From Phoronis australis (taxonomy: Eukaryota > Animalia > Phoronida): 64,000 bases of DNA. Both the position numbers and the translations under genes were made by a program. The notes under the pieces are model-generated. The model worked only from the letters and a program-made list of their open reading frames with translations, did no database searches and was not told where the DNA came from. This document shows positions 10,845 through 62,200 of the stretch, piece by piece (position 1 is the first letter of the stretch; each line of letters starts with the position of its first letter). Where the stretch lies: positions 1,711,742 to 1,775,741 of the forward strand of contig NMRA01000006.1 of the NCBI GenBank assembly GCA_002633005.1. Reading direction: 5' to 3'.

Positions 10845-12195
10845 AATCACAAGTATCTCTTGCTGGTCTTAACTCCCGCTCTCACTTACGTGATGGCGCG
10901 GTTTAGGGACATCAATGAACACGTATGTAACACGTGCACGCTCGAGATGCAGGAACGCCAAATAGGAACGTAATTAACGCAGAGTTCACAAATTGTGGCT
11001 TAGAACTTAAAGATACTATTTCCGCATTATATGAGTTAAATACTTCATACAGCGGATTTTAACGTGAGTTATTTCAGTCGAAACTAAAGACCAAACAATG
11101 TTCATTCATTTCAACAAAATTCCAGATATTTTCAAACGCAACTGAATTTAATGTAAGTTTTTAGTTTATTTTTATTTTTGGTGGTACTCTTCCACCTTAA
11201 ATGGCCGCCTTAGTGAGTGACAGCTGACTCATGCATTATGGGTACTCATTCAGCTGCCGCCATGTGTAATAAGGTTTCCGCGGAAACCCACCCACTTTAA
11301 GTAATTAGAATAGTAAGATAAGGCAAATTACCACCACAAACGAACAGAGGTGAAAGTTACGAAATGTTTTTTTTTTTAGTGACATCTTTCGTGCTGAAGA
11401 AACTCATTCTGTGTTCTAAATCTGTGAATGTAAAGGGATCTAACTTTGATACACCTTTATCAGAAAATTATTTGCGGAGAGGTGGGTCTATAGGAGAATA
11501 TATACAGAAGGAACAAACATAACTATGTTTACAAGAATAGTCAATATGAATCAAAAGACATTATGCAACACCGGAAACACTTCTGGCACTCATAGGTATT
11601 CATGAGAAAAGTCGTATTTTTTAAAATTTTGTCTGGTCACTGCAAAATATTCATTTGATTCCAGCAATTTGTTTCACGGAAGAACACCTCGATTGTATAC
11701 GGATTTTAAGGCATCAGTAGTTATACGGAATTGGAGACAGATAATACGTTTTGTCCCAGGACGTTATATGATGGTTGCAGCAGCTCGAAGGATTCTGGAT
11801 GGCATGGGTCTACATGATGGACGTTTTAAAACTTCTGTAAGTATGGCTCGTGCAGGTTTTAACTGTTTGAATTAACTTGGGATTCTCGCGCGTGATATAG
11901 ACGGAAGTAAAAAAAGCAGCGGAAACATTCATTACATTTGGCAGTCTCTGACAATGTGGTCAGAGTGATGCTTTTAACAGATTGCGGAAACTATATTTAC
12001 AAGTGTTATGGTTCAATGTAGGATGTTGTGAAACCCGACGTTCGGTTCGCGAGGGTGGAAGAGTGCAAACCTCGATTTACTGAAACGAAATCATGCAGAA
12101 TGTTTTGCATTGTACTTAGCATTGAGCCACCAGTTTCAAAAATCATTTTAATTCTCCGGTTGAACTTTATAAATTTATTCATATATAAAGCGAGA

Positions 12196-12341
12196 CAGGG
12201 GTGGATGCAGGATTTTTTAAAAGGGGTGTGTGGGTCGAATCAAGGAGTTTTTAAAAAAGAGGGTCCAAGTCAACAATTTGAAAATTCTAGATTTGATATC
12301 ACTAAAATTAAATCAAAGAAAAAGGGGGTCCGAACCCCTTG
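12196..12341. mobile_element. Partial CAGGGG(C/T)GGAT-type short MITE
   Basis: Starts CAGGGGTGGATGCAGGATTTTT..AAGGGG, ends ...GGGGGTCCGAACCCCTT; related to the element at 28387-28620. Confidence 0.45.
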
Positions 12342-12744
12342 ACATCTATGCGAAATTATTGTATATGTGCCACGCCTTAACTTATTCAAAACTTTCAGCT
12401 GGCTAATTAAAAACAAAAATCGAATTAGACCTTTTGCGCTCAGAAAATCGGTCTCGTAATATTCCTCACAGTGATAGGACTGTATTTCGACTTCAGGGAC
12501 CAGTCTCTAATCTTTTTACTCTAAATGGAACTCGAAATTATGTTTGGCATTTTCTGCTCTACTTTTGTGCGCCGAACTCAAGTGTCTATTATTCTATGCT
12601 CGAGTACACAGTGACTCATGTTATATAATTGCAGGCGGTCTGCTATACGTCATTGTACCAGACGTGTGCAGACCGCTCAGGTGGGTACTTCGCACTGAGT
12701 CATCTTGAAGCACTGTATACTTTTATTAGTAATATAGGGGCCTA

Positions 12745-14246
12745 TCAGGTGTCCCGTAAAGTGAGCCATTTTTTGATAAGTTATTTCTCAGCAATTGACC
12801 AACCGAATTCCTTCAAATAGTTCACATTGTACCTTCAGGGTGTTTTCAACAAGTCTGCAAAGTATCTCAGAGAAAAGTAAAGTACTGTGAACATTGTTGG
12901 GTGAAAAGTGCAATATCACTGAGGCTTTCATCGTGATCGTGCTGTGCTGGCATCTGTCTGTCAAAAAAAAAATGTCTCAAGTCTGCTTTTTTATTTTCAG
13001 ATATGTACCCAAATCAGTTCTGTCAATATTCCGGTTTGTAAGAATGTCTTTGAGTGAAAGTGATAAATTAGCTATTGAAACTTGTTCCAAGAAGAAAGGG
13101 TGGGGCTGAAGATGAATCGCAAGAAGTTCCCAGGAAAAGGGTGGAGACGTGCCACTGTAAACAGACTTATTTTATAAAATACGCAACACAGGGTCTGTTG
13201 CGCGTAAAAGTGGCAATGGGAGACCCAAGACTGCATGTTCGAAAGAAAACGAGGACCGTGTTGAGCAACTGATTCAACATAGGAGCGGAGAACTACAAAT
13301 CTCTGAGAGAAGTCGCTAGCGATTTACAAGTGAGCAAGTCTTCTGTGCAAAGAATGGCGAAAAAACGGAACTAAAACCCTTCAAAAGAATGCGGGTATCA
13401 CTGAGAGATCAATATGTTAGAAGGAAAAAGAAAACCCTTTGCCGATACTTGCATGGTGACTGCTATTCAGCCACTGACGTGAACTTGAAAGAATCATTTT
13501 CACTGATGAAAAAGACTACGCTAGAAATCGCTAACAATCACCAAAACAATCGTGTTTATGGGAAAAAACGAGAAATTCAGCCTTCTCGACTCTATCATGA
13601 GACTTCCAGATTTTCCAAAAAAGTTATTGTTTCCGTTGGAGTATCCTGGGAAGAAAAACCAAACATTAATTTTATTGACCCTGATAGAGCCAAAGTTAAC
13701 AGACAACGTTACAAGCAGTCATTCTTTTTCCGGGTTGCAGGCGACTTTATCCTGGAAACAATTAGGTGTTTCAGCAAGATGGAGTTCATTCACACGCGAG
13801 AAAGATAACTCAGGCTTATCTGGAGCAGGCAACACCAAAATTGTCAAAAAAGGATGAGTGACCTTCGCTCAGTCCTGGCTGCAATACAATGGACTAAGCC
13901 ATATGGGACTCTCTGAAGGAGAAAGTTTAGCCGGGAATGCGAGACAAATTGACTGAGCAGGAGTTAAAAGACATGACAGTTATGTCATGGGAGGAAATCT
14001 CGGTGGAAGAAAGATGGAAAAGTATCTCTTTGTGGAAGAAACGGCTACCTTTAGTCGTGGGGGACAATGGAGGTCACATTGAGCTAGGTTCACTTCGGTT
14101 TTTTTTTTGACTTGATGTTTTTAATTTGACAGTACTCGCACAATTAGACACAATTCTCTTGTATATCTTAAAGTCCATCTGTAAGCAATTTAAAGAAATC
14201 GGTTAACCCGTTGCTGAGAAATTATTTGTCAAAAAGTGGCTCACTT
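12745..14246 (+). mobile_element. Decayed Tc1/mariner transposon (maT/DD37D-like), copy 1
   Basis: TA followed by left TIR tcaggtgtcccgtaaagtgagccattttttgataagttatttctcagcaa; inverted match ttgctgagaaattatttgtcaaaaagtggctcactt at the right end (outermost bases lost). Frameshifted transposase pieces: FTDEK..NHQNNRVY, KKVIVSVGVSW, FQQDG, SPGCN.MD, W.KRL..VVGDNGGHIE. Confidence 0.85.
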
Positions 14247-14249
14247 ATA

Positions 14250-14375
14250 GTAATTTGACTCGAGGACCTAGAGACCTGACTTAGGGCTCTAGTAGTGTGC
14301 CCAAGTGGGACTCGAACCCACGACCTTGAGTAAAGGAAACGGACACGTATCCCACCCCAGGCCAAATTGCTTCCT
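14250..14375 (-). mobile_element. tRNA-derived SINE fragment
   Basis: Minus strand shows A-box-like TGGCCTGGGGTGG and B-box GGTTCGAGTCCC without a full cloverleaf. Confidence 0.55.
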
Positions 14376-15235
14376 ATGAACTGAATCACATATTTTACGC
14401 AATTTCACGGAAAGTCAACACGAGTATGATTGTGAGCTCCGTCGAACTGAAGGTTCATGCAACATCAGTCTTATGTGTAAAACAACAGAATAACGGCCTC
14501 CATATCTTTTTATTTTTGAATGTTTATGCTACAAAGGCACAAGAAACTGGACTCGCACTGCAAGTTAAACCAAAAATAAAACCTCAACATTCAGAGAAAC
14601 AATCTTCCGGTAGTTGGATTAGCTGCCAGTAAACAAGGATCTACAGACTGTATTGGGGGTAAAACAGCCAACCCCAAAACAACATCTCTAAAAAATTACA
14701 AATGCTAAAACATTTAACTTAGATTAAGATTACGTAGGACCTTATCCATAAGTTTGTGTATTCAGCCAAATGGTATTCGCACAGAACTGAAGATTTCAAC
14801 TTGGTAAAACGCATATTTTCTAAAACTAGCAGGACCTGTAGANATGCGAAATTATTGTATATGTGCCACGCCTTAATTACTTATTCAAAACTTTCAGCGG
14901 GCTAATTAAAAACAAAAATCGAATTAGATCTTTTGCGCTCAGAAAATCGGTCTCGTAATATTCCTCACAGTGATAGGACTTTATTTCGACTTCAGGGACC
15001 GGTCTCTAATCTTTTTACTCTAAATGGAACTCGAAATTATGTTTGGCATTTTCTGCTCTACTTTTGTGCGCCGAACTCAAGTGTCTATCATTCTATGCTC
15101 GAGTACACAGTGACTCATATTATACAATTGCAGGCGGTCTGCTATACGTCATTGTACCAGACGCGTGCAGACCGCTCAGGTGGGTACTTCGCACTGAGTC
15201 ATCTTGAAGCACTGTATACTTTTATTAGTAATATA

Positions 15236-16744
15236 TCAGGTGTCCCGTAAAGTGAGCCATTTTGTGATAAGTTATTTCTCAGCAATTGACCAACCGAATT
15301 CCTTCAAATAGTTCACATTGTACCTTCAGGGTGTTTTCAACAAGTCTGCAAAGTATCTCAGAGAAAAGTAAAGTACTGTGAAATCTAACATTGTTGGGTG
15401 AAAAGTGCAATATCACTGAGGCTTTCATCGTGATCATGCTATGCTGGCATCTGTCTGTCAAAAAAATGTCTCAAGTCTGCTTTTTTATTGTCAGATATGT
15501 ACCCAAATCAGTTCTGTCAATATTCCGGTTTGTAAGAATGTCTTTGAGTGAAAGTGATAAATTAGCTATAATTGAAACTTGTTTCAAGAAGAAAGAGTGG
15601 GGCGGAAGATGAATCGTAAGGGAGTTCCCAGGAAAAGGGTGGAGACGTGCCACTGTAAACAGACTTATTTTATAAAATACGCAACACAGGGTCTGTTGCG
15701 CGTAAAAGTGGCAATGGGAGACCCAAGACTGCATGTTCGAAAGAAAACGAGGATCGTGCTGAGCAACTGATTCAACATAGGAGCGGAGAACTACAAATCT
15801 CTGAGAGAAGTCGCTAACGATTTACAAGTGAGCAAGTCTTCTGTGCAAAGAATGGCGAAAAAACGGAACTAAAACCCTTCAAAAGAATGCGGGTATCACT
15901 GAGAGATCAATATGTTAGAAGGAAAAAGAAAACCCTATGCCGATACTTGCATGGTGACTGCTATTCAGCCACTGATGTGAACTTGAAAGAATCATTTTCA
16001 CTGATGAAAAAAACTACGCTAGAAATCGCTAACAATCACCAAAACAATCGTGTTTATGGGAAAAAAACGAGAAATTCAGCCTTCTCGACTCTATCATGAG
16101 ACTTCCAGATTTTCCAAAAAAGTTATTGTTTCCGTTGGAGTATCCTGGGAAGAAAAACCAAACATTAATTTTATTGACACTGATAGAGCCAAAGTTAACA
16201 GACAACGTTACAAGCAGTCATTCTTTTTCCGGGTTGCAGGCGACTTTATCCTGGAAACAATTAGGTGTTTCAGCAAGATGGAGTTCATTCACACGCGAGA
16301 AAGATAACCCAGGCTTATCTGGAGCAGGCAACTCCAAAATTGTCAAAAAAGGATGAGTGACCTTCGCTCAGTCCTGGCTGCAATCCAATGGACTAAGCCG
16401 TATGGGACTCTCTGAAGGAGAAAGTTTAGCCGGGAATGCGAGACAAATTGACTGAGCAGGAGTTAAAAGACAGGACAATTATGTCATGGGAGGAAATCTC
16501 GGTGGAAGAAAGATGGAAAAGTATCTCTTGGTGGAAGAAACGGCTACCTTTAGTCGTGGGGGACAATGGAGGTCACATTGAGCGAGGTTCACTTCGGATA
16601 TTTTTTGACTTGATGTTTTTAATTTGGCAGTACTTGCACAATTGGACACAATTCTCTTGTATATCTTAAAGTCCATCTGTAAGCAATTTAAAGAAATCGG
16701 TTAACCCGTTGCTGAGAAATTATTTGTCAAAAAGTGGCTCACTT
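15236..16744 (+). mobile_element. Decayed Tc1/mariner transposon (maT/DD37D-like), copy 2
   Basis: Same TIRs and broken transposase as copy 1 (ORF fragments 15887-16669). Confidence 0.85.
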
Positions 16745-16747
16745 ATA

Positions 16748-16873
16748 GTAATTTGACTCGAGGACCTAGAGACCTGACTTAGGGCTCTAGTAGTGTGCCC
16801 AAGTGGGACTCGAACCCACGACCTTGAGTAAAGGAAACGGACACGTATCCCACCCCAGGCCAAATTGCTTCCT
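16748..16873 (-). mobile_element. tRNA-derived SINE fragment (duplicate of 14250-14375)
   Basis: Same A/B-box head inside the duplicated block. Confidence 0.55.
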
Positions 16874-19139
16874 ATGAACTGAATCACATATTTTACGCAA
16901 TTTCACGGAAAGTCAACACGAGTATGATTGTGAGCTCAGTCGAACTGAAGGTTCATGCAACATCAGTCTTATGTGTAAAACAACAGAATAACGGCCTCCA
17001 TATCTTTTTATTTTTGAATGTTTATGCTACAAAGGCACAAGAAACTGGACTCGCACTGCAAGTTAAACCAAAAATAAAACCTCAACATTCAGAGAAACAA
17101 TCTTCCGGTAGATGGATTAGCTGCCAGTAAACAAGGATCTACAGACTGTATTGGGGTAAAACAGCCAACCCCAAAACAACATCTCTAAAAAATTACAAAT
17201 GCTAAAACATTTAACTTAGATTAAGATTACGTAGGACCTTATCCATAAGTTTGTGTATTCAGCCAAATGGTATTCGCACAGAACTGATGATTTCAACTTG
17301 GTAAAACGCATATTTTCTAAAACTAGCAGGACCTGTAGAGTTTGTTACTTGACTTTTTACCAATCTCCCATTAATTGGGTCACGTGACCATGTGTCTTAA
17401 GCAAAATTTATCAGAAAGGAACATGGATAGCGAGACAACAGAATAAATAAAGCTGTTACAAGCTTCTTACATACTTAATAGTTTTAAAATAGTAATTTTA
17501 TATTTTATATTTGTATTCGTGGGTAAGTGAACTAATTTTTCATGAAAATTCCGAAAGTCCTATTTTTGATAAACCCTCATGCAAAAGTGGAACATTTTGA
17601 AAACAATTCCTAACGTTGTTTTAGAGAACAGTACAGGAAACATACTACCGTATGTTAAGTTTCACATGAATCTGATCAGCCATTCCTGATATGTGTCCCG
17701 AAATTTGGCCGTTTTTATAGGGTCTTACATAATCTTAATAAAGCTAGCACTTGATTTTTGAGGCGACAGTTGGGTAGCAGAATAGAGGAGTAATTTGAAA
17801 TACAAATATCACATTTCCCAACTCGAGCTAGTTTTACAATACAGCTCGACATATTTGAATTATGCCACTCTTAATTTAATACACTTGTTAGCCCATAAAT
17901 ACAATTCACAAGTATTAGTGGACACTGAGCTATGGTTTTTGGGATAACCACTTGGTGGCTGTGAATAACTGAGGAATAACGAACAATAACTTACAACTGA
18001 TGAAGATGTTTATATTGAGTGACTGATGCAATTAAAGGATCACACAATTTATATGGCAGATAAAAACACTACGTCAGTTTCGTGGTATTAGTAGTTTTTT
18101 GTACACGTGAAAAAATAAATACTGCACACACTTTCACCAATAAATAACAATAACACAGCACTTCTTTCGTTGACTAAAAAAATATCTTGAGCACGTTTTC
18201 AACACATCAAACCATAGGTTATTACAGAAAACGTGATAACGTTCGATATGTTGAAGCTATTATTAAAACCTTTACTCTAGTGCATGATTGCCAGTCTGAA
18301 AGTATTTTATCTCAGACACTTAACACTAAATCCTTGAACAAAGAACCACTTGGTATGGGCAAAGATCTTTATCTGGTATCAAAAAGGTTTATTATTACAT
18401 GATATTAAACCACAACTGAAAATATGACCTTTGCAAATTAGCTAATGACCTCCTTTCATCTAACTCTTACCAGCAGTTGGTTTCATTAAAGAAATATGTG
18501 AGACTACAAAACTGAAGATAATTTGTACAAAATGTACAACATGGCAGAACAAAAGCAGTCTGTTAAGACACTTGGCCCAACGGCAAAACGGCTATAAGCT
18601 GGACAACAGGAAAATCCAACTGACCATTAGTTTATCAGTGCTGAACAATGGTCGTATTGTTACGCAATGATCAAACTCATCCAAAAATAAAATTTTAAAA
18701 TTCCATGCAACACAGCACCCACATGACAAAAAGTTTTAATCAGTATATAATTACGATTTATTGCGGAATGTGCCAGTACTAATGTATGGTGCGACTGACA
18801 CTGGTGCCGTGGCCCGGATTTCCTGGAGGCCACGCTCAGCTACAGTACATGACCAATTCTGCTTATAACAGCAAAAATGACTAGTATAGTAAGAACTATT
18901 ATGGAGGCAAATTCACAATTATAGAAAAGCTTTGCCGCCTTAATATATTTCCTGTTAATTCACTTTTGTTCTCACTCAAGAGAGAAGGGTACTCTGGCGA
19001 TGAATTTGGCTTTCACCCAGCTGTCATGACGGCTTATTCGGTTTATTTTGTCTGAATGTTATTGGCGTGCACTGTAGCTGCCTAGTGCAATACGCTTGAC
19101 AGATGTGAGGTCACTTCAACCGTTCAGCAGACAGTCCAC

Positions 19140-56041
<36,902 letters not shown>

Positions 56042-56270
56042 TTTGTTTGTAACGACCATCTGCGCACGCAACAATTCACTTCCGTAAAACCTTTTCAGTA
56101 AATGTGATGCGAGATGAAAGCAAAAACATGTACAAAGATCCTGTGAATATCTTCAAAACGAAATGCATCGGGATTAACGTTCAAATGCCACAAAAAATGA
56201 GTCCAAACATTGAAAACAAGCACAATCTCGCGCATGCGCAGTTCAATGATTTGGCGCGAAATCTACGAAA
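56042..56270. promoter_or_regulatory. Bidirectional promoter PASK/RFC1
   Basis: 229 bp between divergent ATGs; TGCGCACGCA (56061-56070, NRF1-like), ACTTCCGT (56078-56085, ETS), GCGCATGCGC (56230-56239, NRF1), TTGGCGCGAAA (56251-56261, E2F). Confidence 0.7.
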
Positions 56271-59200
56271 ATGGTGAGCTCCATTTGCTGGAAAAAGTTT
56301 CCCTCGTGCTTTGTAAAACTTATGTGCCGTTGATTTTGGTGTCTTTTGCATTATATTTAGGTTAACCTATACTTAGATATGTTTAGTGAAGTACTGCAGT
56401 TGGAAATCAAATGTTGCTTTACTCGCACAATACACTTCAACCTGTCTACTGTTGTTGACGACTTGGCCTACTATAGGCAATGACCATCGCCTCTGTTGGC
56501 CCGAAGCAGAGGCGATGTAGAGGCTATAAGCGCTCTGTACGCCGGAAGCTTTTCGGCGAATTAGGCCTCGCACCGACTAAACCATCAAAGTCACAAATAC
56601 CTTTTGCGCATAGAGGAACACCTTAGGAGGTTGTCGATGTGTTTAATTCCTTCCAACTCGAACAAATACTCCCGTTATGAAACTTTTTCTTCGAGCAGTC
56701 CCTATTTCAGTTCCCAAAATCGTGAACTCAACTTTTTTATACTGCGCACGCTCCAATTCATGACCTCAATCTTTAAATAGGCCAAAGGTGAGCCATTGCG
56801 GTCTTGGCAGTCAAATGTTCGTTTCCAAAATGCCACCACTTATACTTGTCTTTAATTGGCGTTACTTGAAACTGATTGTATTTCAATGAATCATTGTTTG
56901 TATTTGATAAAAACAAATGCTGTTGATATGACATTTAATAGTCTTTTTGCACATATTTGACATTTTAATGTTTAACAACACGGCAAATGCACGGCTGGTT
57001 CCCGGCAGCACGTACGCGAAGGGCGGGAACTTCAGCTTTCAAAGTTCGCCGGTAGGTCCGCAACTTCTGACCTTCGGCCTGGTTAAAAAAATGAAAAAGT
57101 TGAGTTCACGATTTTGGGAACTGAAATAGGGACTGCTCGAAGAAAAAGTTTCATAACGGGAGTATTTGTTCGAGTTGGAAGGAATTAAACACATCGACAA
57201 CCTCCTAAGGTGTTCCTCTATGCGCAAAAGGTATTTGTAACAACGTGACTTTGATGGTTTAGTCGGTGCGAGGCCTAATTCGCCGAAAAGCTTCCGGCGT
57301 ACAGAGCGCCTATAGCCTCTACATCGCCTCTGCTTCGGGCCAACAGAGGCGATGGTCATTGCCTAGGCCTACTACTGAGTACTGTCTGAGTACTGTACTA
57401 GAACTGCACCTAAAAAAACAGTGGTTAACTGAATATTGCCATTGTTGGCTCTGGTCGGATATAGCAGTCCCTGATTTTGAGAACAAGGCAATCACTGAAT
57501 TATGGGCTCGTTATTCCGTGGATCAAACTGGTTCTCAAAATCACGCACTATATCCGACCAGTGGCAGTGGCAGTGCCTCATTCGTTTAAGTACACTTACA
57601 GTTCTCAAGTTATCATCTCACTCCTACCTGTGCTTGGGGTACCTTGCGTATCATACAGTAGAGAAAACACCAGAAATGGTAATGTGAGCGGTTGCAAGTG
57701 CGGCTTTGCTGGCGTTTTTGCTAGCATGTCTTCTCTTGCAGCCCCCTGGTGATGTAGTGTACTACCAGTCAAAAATCCACCTGTGCACAGCTGAGCCTCT
57801 ATTGATCGGCCAATGGGCAATTGTCCCTTATAGCCAGCAATTTAGAAAGGTCGCAGCACTCTTAGCTGTTCTGGAACTACAGAGAATTCACATCATACTT
57901 TTATTTGATCGTACAGGGCATGGCTCTAACATAGTTCTGCACCACTGCTGAAAAACACCCAAATGGATTTTCGAAGAGGCATTTAATTGCAAGCGATTTA
58001 GAGAGGCCCTTCTTTAATACCTGTATGTTCTACCTGGAAGAACAAATTGTACACCATAGACAGCATCTGCCACTTGACTCACGTGCCCAGGGGAAGGGAG
58101 CATGGGTTTATTGTTACGTTAATCCAAGGGGTTGGAGATGAGGAAACTAAGTGCTGGCAAGAATTACCCCTTCTCAGATAATAGGTCTGGCTAAAATTCT
58201 ATTGGTTTAGCCACTAGAAAACTGCTGGCGTTTTCATCGTTCGTGTGAACTTATAGTAGACACTGCTCATGTGGTACTTGCATGGTGCTGTATGTGACGA
58301 AACATCAAATCACAGCTTTGGATTGATGTGGGTAAAAAATGGATAAATAAGCAAAGCTCGTTTTGTTGGTTTACCGCAACTCGCCTCACCATAATTTGTT
58401 CACCACTAGTGCATCTGGTTAGCGCTGCAGGCAGTAGATTGGTAATGCTGAGTAACGTGCCAACTGCAGTGTTCTTCACAATAGAAAATTTGATCCTCTA
58501 ATAAATTGCAAAATTCATGCACTGCTTAAGAAATATCTAATCTCCCAATATTTCAAACTCGTTGCATAGGGTTTCAATTTCTACGCAAGTAAGCTAAACG
58601 TATCAAGGCAAAATTCCAACTCGACACAATGCAAGTCGAAATGCGTTGTGGAGAACATTATTTTGAGTGAACATATATTGAAAATCACTTACCTGGCAAT
58701 AAACTTGGGCCTTTTTTAATGTTCTTTTAATCCTTTACATTTCAGATTAAGGTAATAGGATACATTTGGTACCAGTCATTGGATTTCTTTAGTAACATTT
58801 AATGGATTAGTAGTGGACTCATTAATCTATATGTGTTTAAAATCCTTGATGATTCCAGAATCTTAAGTGCATAGAAGCAATGCCTAGATCTCCGTACTGA
58901 CATAGCGTTTTTGAACAAAAAAGGTTTCTTGTGCAATTTTCTAGGACTTAGTTTATACACAAAATTTAAAAATAAAAAGTAACAGCAGCTGGTTCTTCAA
59001 TGAAAGGTCCAAATGTGAAATTTTCTTTGAAGGTATTTTATCCTGAGAACACTGCTGTCAAAAGTGGAGACGTCAACATTCAAAAAAATCGATTCTTATT
59101 TCTCACAGCCAAACTATGGAGGCAGACGAAAATATTGAAAATGTGTTTGTTGAAACTTTGGTGATATTCATGAAAATCATATTTTTATGTGCAATCATGA

Positions 59201-62200
59201 TTATGAACATCTGGGATTTGCTTGCGTGTACATAGTAAGTCTGCAGTCATCAAGAATTTTAAAATATATATAATTTTTTGAGTCTGCTGTAATTCCAATG
59301 GTTGATAATAAAGGTGTAACCTATTACCTATAAGTTATTAACTTAAATCCAATCTTACTGCAATGAAATGTCACCCATGTCAGACACATTTTGCACAGTG
59401 CTGTCTGTTGTGGTATGGAACTTGAACATGGCAGTGCATTATGTTGGTACTACTAACATTTTTTTAATGAAAAAAAACGAGGAAATGCAATTTCACATGT
59501 CCGCCATAGTTTGCTCTGAATTGGTGAGATTGTATTGTAACTATGCAATTTATTCGGCACCTGCTAAAAAACTTCCGTTGCCTGCAATGTTTTCTTGCAA
59601 CAGTGTTGCATCTTATTTAAAACTATTGATATACCTAATTGCATAATCAGACAAATAACTGTATTACCTGGTATCTTTTTTGTTGAGAAATATGTGTGGA
59701 AAGGTGCCTTCTTGAAAAGAACATGTAGAAGTGGCTACTTAAATGATCCTGTTTTCTAGATTTTCAGCAGCTAAGTTAGCCATGTTTTTCTTGACAAATT
59801 ATAAGCACGAGTCTTGTTTCACTAAAAAAGTCACAATTGTACTTCAGTAAATTTTTTCAATTACCAAATAATTGAAAAACAAGTTGGCATGTCACTTCAA
59901 ATCGAAGTTGGGATTTTTTTTAAACCAGAAGTCTGTTTAAGGCAGTTTCAAATCTGAGGAAAAAGTTATTCCTCGCTGATTGCCCAAGACTTAAATTGGA
60001 TTTGTAACCAGAGATTGTTTGACTTCAGTCATGTGTGGTTCATGTTTTAGGATATCCGTAAATTCTTTGGAGGTTCTAGTTCTAAGCCTAAAGCTACTCC
60101 AAAGACTAACCAGTCCGAAAATAACAACAATACCATACCTATTGACAAATCAAAGTCACGTGAAAAAGGAACCAGCAATTCCTCAAAAAAGGCAAAGGAA
60201 GTAAAGAAAAAAGGTACCGCAGTGATCACGCCTGTAAAAGAAAGTGGACGAACAACAAGGTCAAGGTCGCAGACTCCTCAGAAAACTGAACCACACAGCC
60301 GCCCTAAATCGACGCCTGTGAAGCAGGTCACAAGGACGACGCCTGTTAAGAAATCGTCGTCCAAAAAAGAACAGAAACCTCGTCACTTATGTAGTGGTAA
60401 GCACACAAAGATCACCACGCCGACCAAGAAATCTGTAAAGAAACTCCAGCTCGAGTCTTTTGACAATGTTATTTCTGCTGCCAGTCCTCAAAAAGATAAC
60501 AGAAAGACAAATGGCCATGCCAAGTCCAGAAAACGCAAGCATCTTGATGAGGTATTTTGTGTTACATTGACATTGTTAATATTATATAGAACAATGAAAA
60601 CATTAGGAGAGCGTTCACATATGTCATCGCTTGAGGTTGGAGAGGGTTTGAAAAGGTGACGATTTACGAGAAGGGGATGGGGACTCGTGTTGACGTCATT
60701 GTGTGGTTTATTAGAATACCTCCATCACAGTAGATACCGTTAGGAAGCTGGCTCACCTTTTTGCGGAATGGACTAATTCCAAAACTGGGAACCATTGTTT
60801 TGTGCTTTCAAGATTTGATCACATTTCACTAGGCTTACCATGTAATCATGAGCACAGACAAGCAATAGCTCCACTCCATCATCAGTAGGTTCTTCCAAAA
60901 ACGGGGGGGGGGGTGGGGGTGGCTGTGATGATGTAATTAGAAGCTGGTCAGGGGGAGGCTAAATCATGACTAACGTCAGAAAGGGTGGGCGTTAAAAAGT
61001 GGCAAATTTCGGATGACATAAATGTGAATGATGCCTTGGTAAATTAAATGGTAATAAAATTTAATACGATGAACACATGTTCTGAGTGAGAACTGATTTC
61101 AAAATTGTTTTGTACTGCTGTTGATCTTTTCATTGATACCTAGATTACAATAAATAAAAACTTAACAATGTATTCTTTTAGAATATGTAAAATTGCCTCT
61201 TGAACGCTTGCACTGGCTTATTTTTTCACGTAAACTTTGGCGATTCACTTCTTGTAATTAGCTCAGTGTCATTATTCTACTGTACTCGTACTTAAAGAGT
61301 TCGGACGAAGAGCAGGAAGAGTTTCAAGTTCAAAGGAAAACCAAAGCCAACTCTAAAAAGACTAAAAAGACTAAAAAGATGCAGATCATCGATTCTGGTG
61401 AGTTTTGTTGTTTTTTGTGGGTCATTTTTAAGAGGTTCAAGCCTTGAATGCAATAAATATCTCTGTTGTTATTTGACACTAGTTTTGTAATTGACAGGCA
61501 GTACTGTAGTTGTAATCTCCTAGTGCGTTTGAGTTTGTTGCGAAAGTGGCTCAGTTAACATAAATGCATGCGATGTTCTTGACTTCACTAATTTCCACAC
61601 TCGGACTCGAAAAGTAGGCAATCCTGCTGTAGGATTCAAGAACAGATTTGTGCAAGTTTACTTGAAGTGGGTCATTTTTCGAGTCCAAGTTTCGGCTTCA
61701 GAAATTAGACCCCAGGCCCTCGACTTTCATTTGTGTCTGGTTTTTACGTCTGAACTTACTTGCTAATATATGAGAAGTATGTGTTACTCAGTGATATCAA
61801 ATGATTGCAGATGATGAAGTTGATGACCAGCCAAAGAAACGGGGGAAAAGGAAGAAGTCGTCTCTAGATTCTGGTAATACCTGTTTTGTTTCTCTTTGTC
61901 ACATTAAACAATGAGCTTTTCTGCTTTTCTGTAGCCTTTGTGAGCACTTTCAGTGGCATTAAACTTGTGTGCTTTCTGTCAGAAATGTTTTTTGATTTAA
62001 GTCGCTAACCGTTATAAAAACAGTCTTATGTTATTCCTTACACAGGTTAGAAATGTTCTCTGTGCTCGGGTAGAACTGGCAATTTGTTATAGTTTCTGAT
62101 CAAGCTCATGAAGTTTCAAGTCATGGCCTGAACATTTCAGTTGATAAATCTGAAGTTCGAAATGGTGACACGTTGGATATATCATAAATGAATAACCAAT

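Larger units (their letters stand above)
12348..14842. repeat. Tandem block copy 1 (~2.5 kb)
   Basis: Begins atgcgaaattattgtat and ends aggacctgtaga; near-identical to 14844-17339, from which it is separated by a single N at 14843. Confidence 0.95.
14844..17339. repeat. Tandem block copy 2 (~2.5 kb)
   Basis: Same start and end words as copy 1, with scattered SNPs and small indels. Confidence 0.95.

Noticed and set aside
14297-14375. tRNA gene
   Set aside because: A and B boxes are present but I could not fold acceptor and anticodon stems; better explained as a SINE head.
12745-16744. Active transposase gene or a real two-copy transposon array
   Set aside because: Multiple frameshifts and stops, truncated right TIR; the second copy is probably allelic (N at the junction).
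56373-57589. Two ORFs with identical N-termini (MRGLIRRKASGVQSAYSLY...) on opposite strands
   Set aside because: They are the two arms of the MITE inverted repeat.
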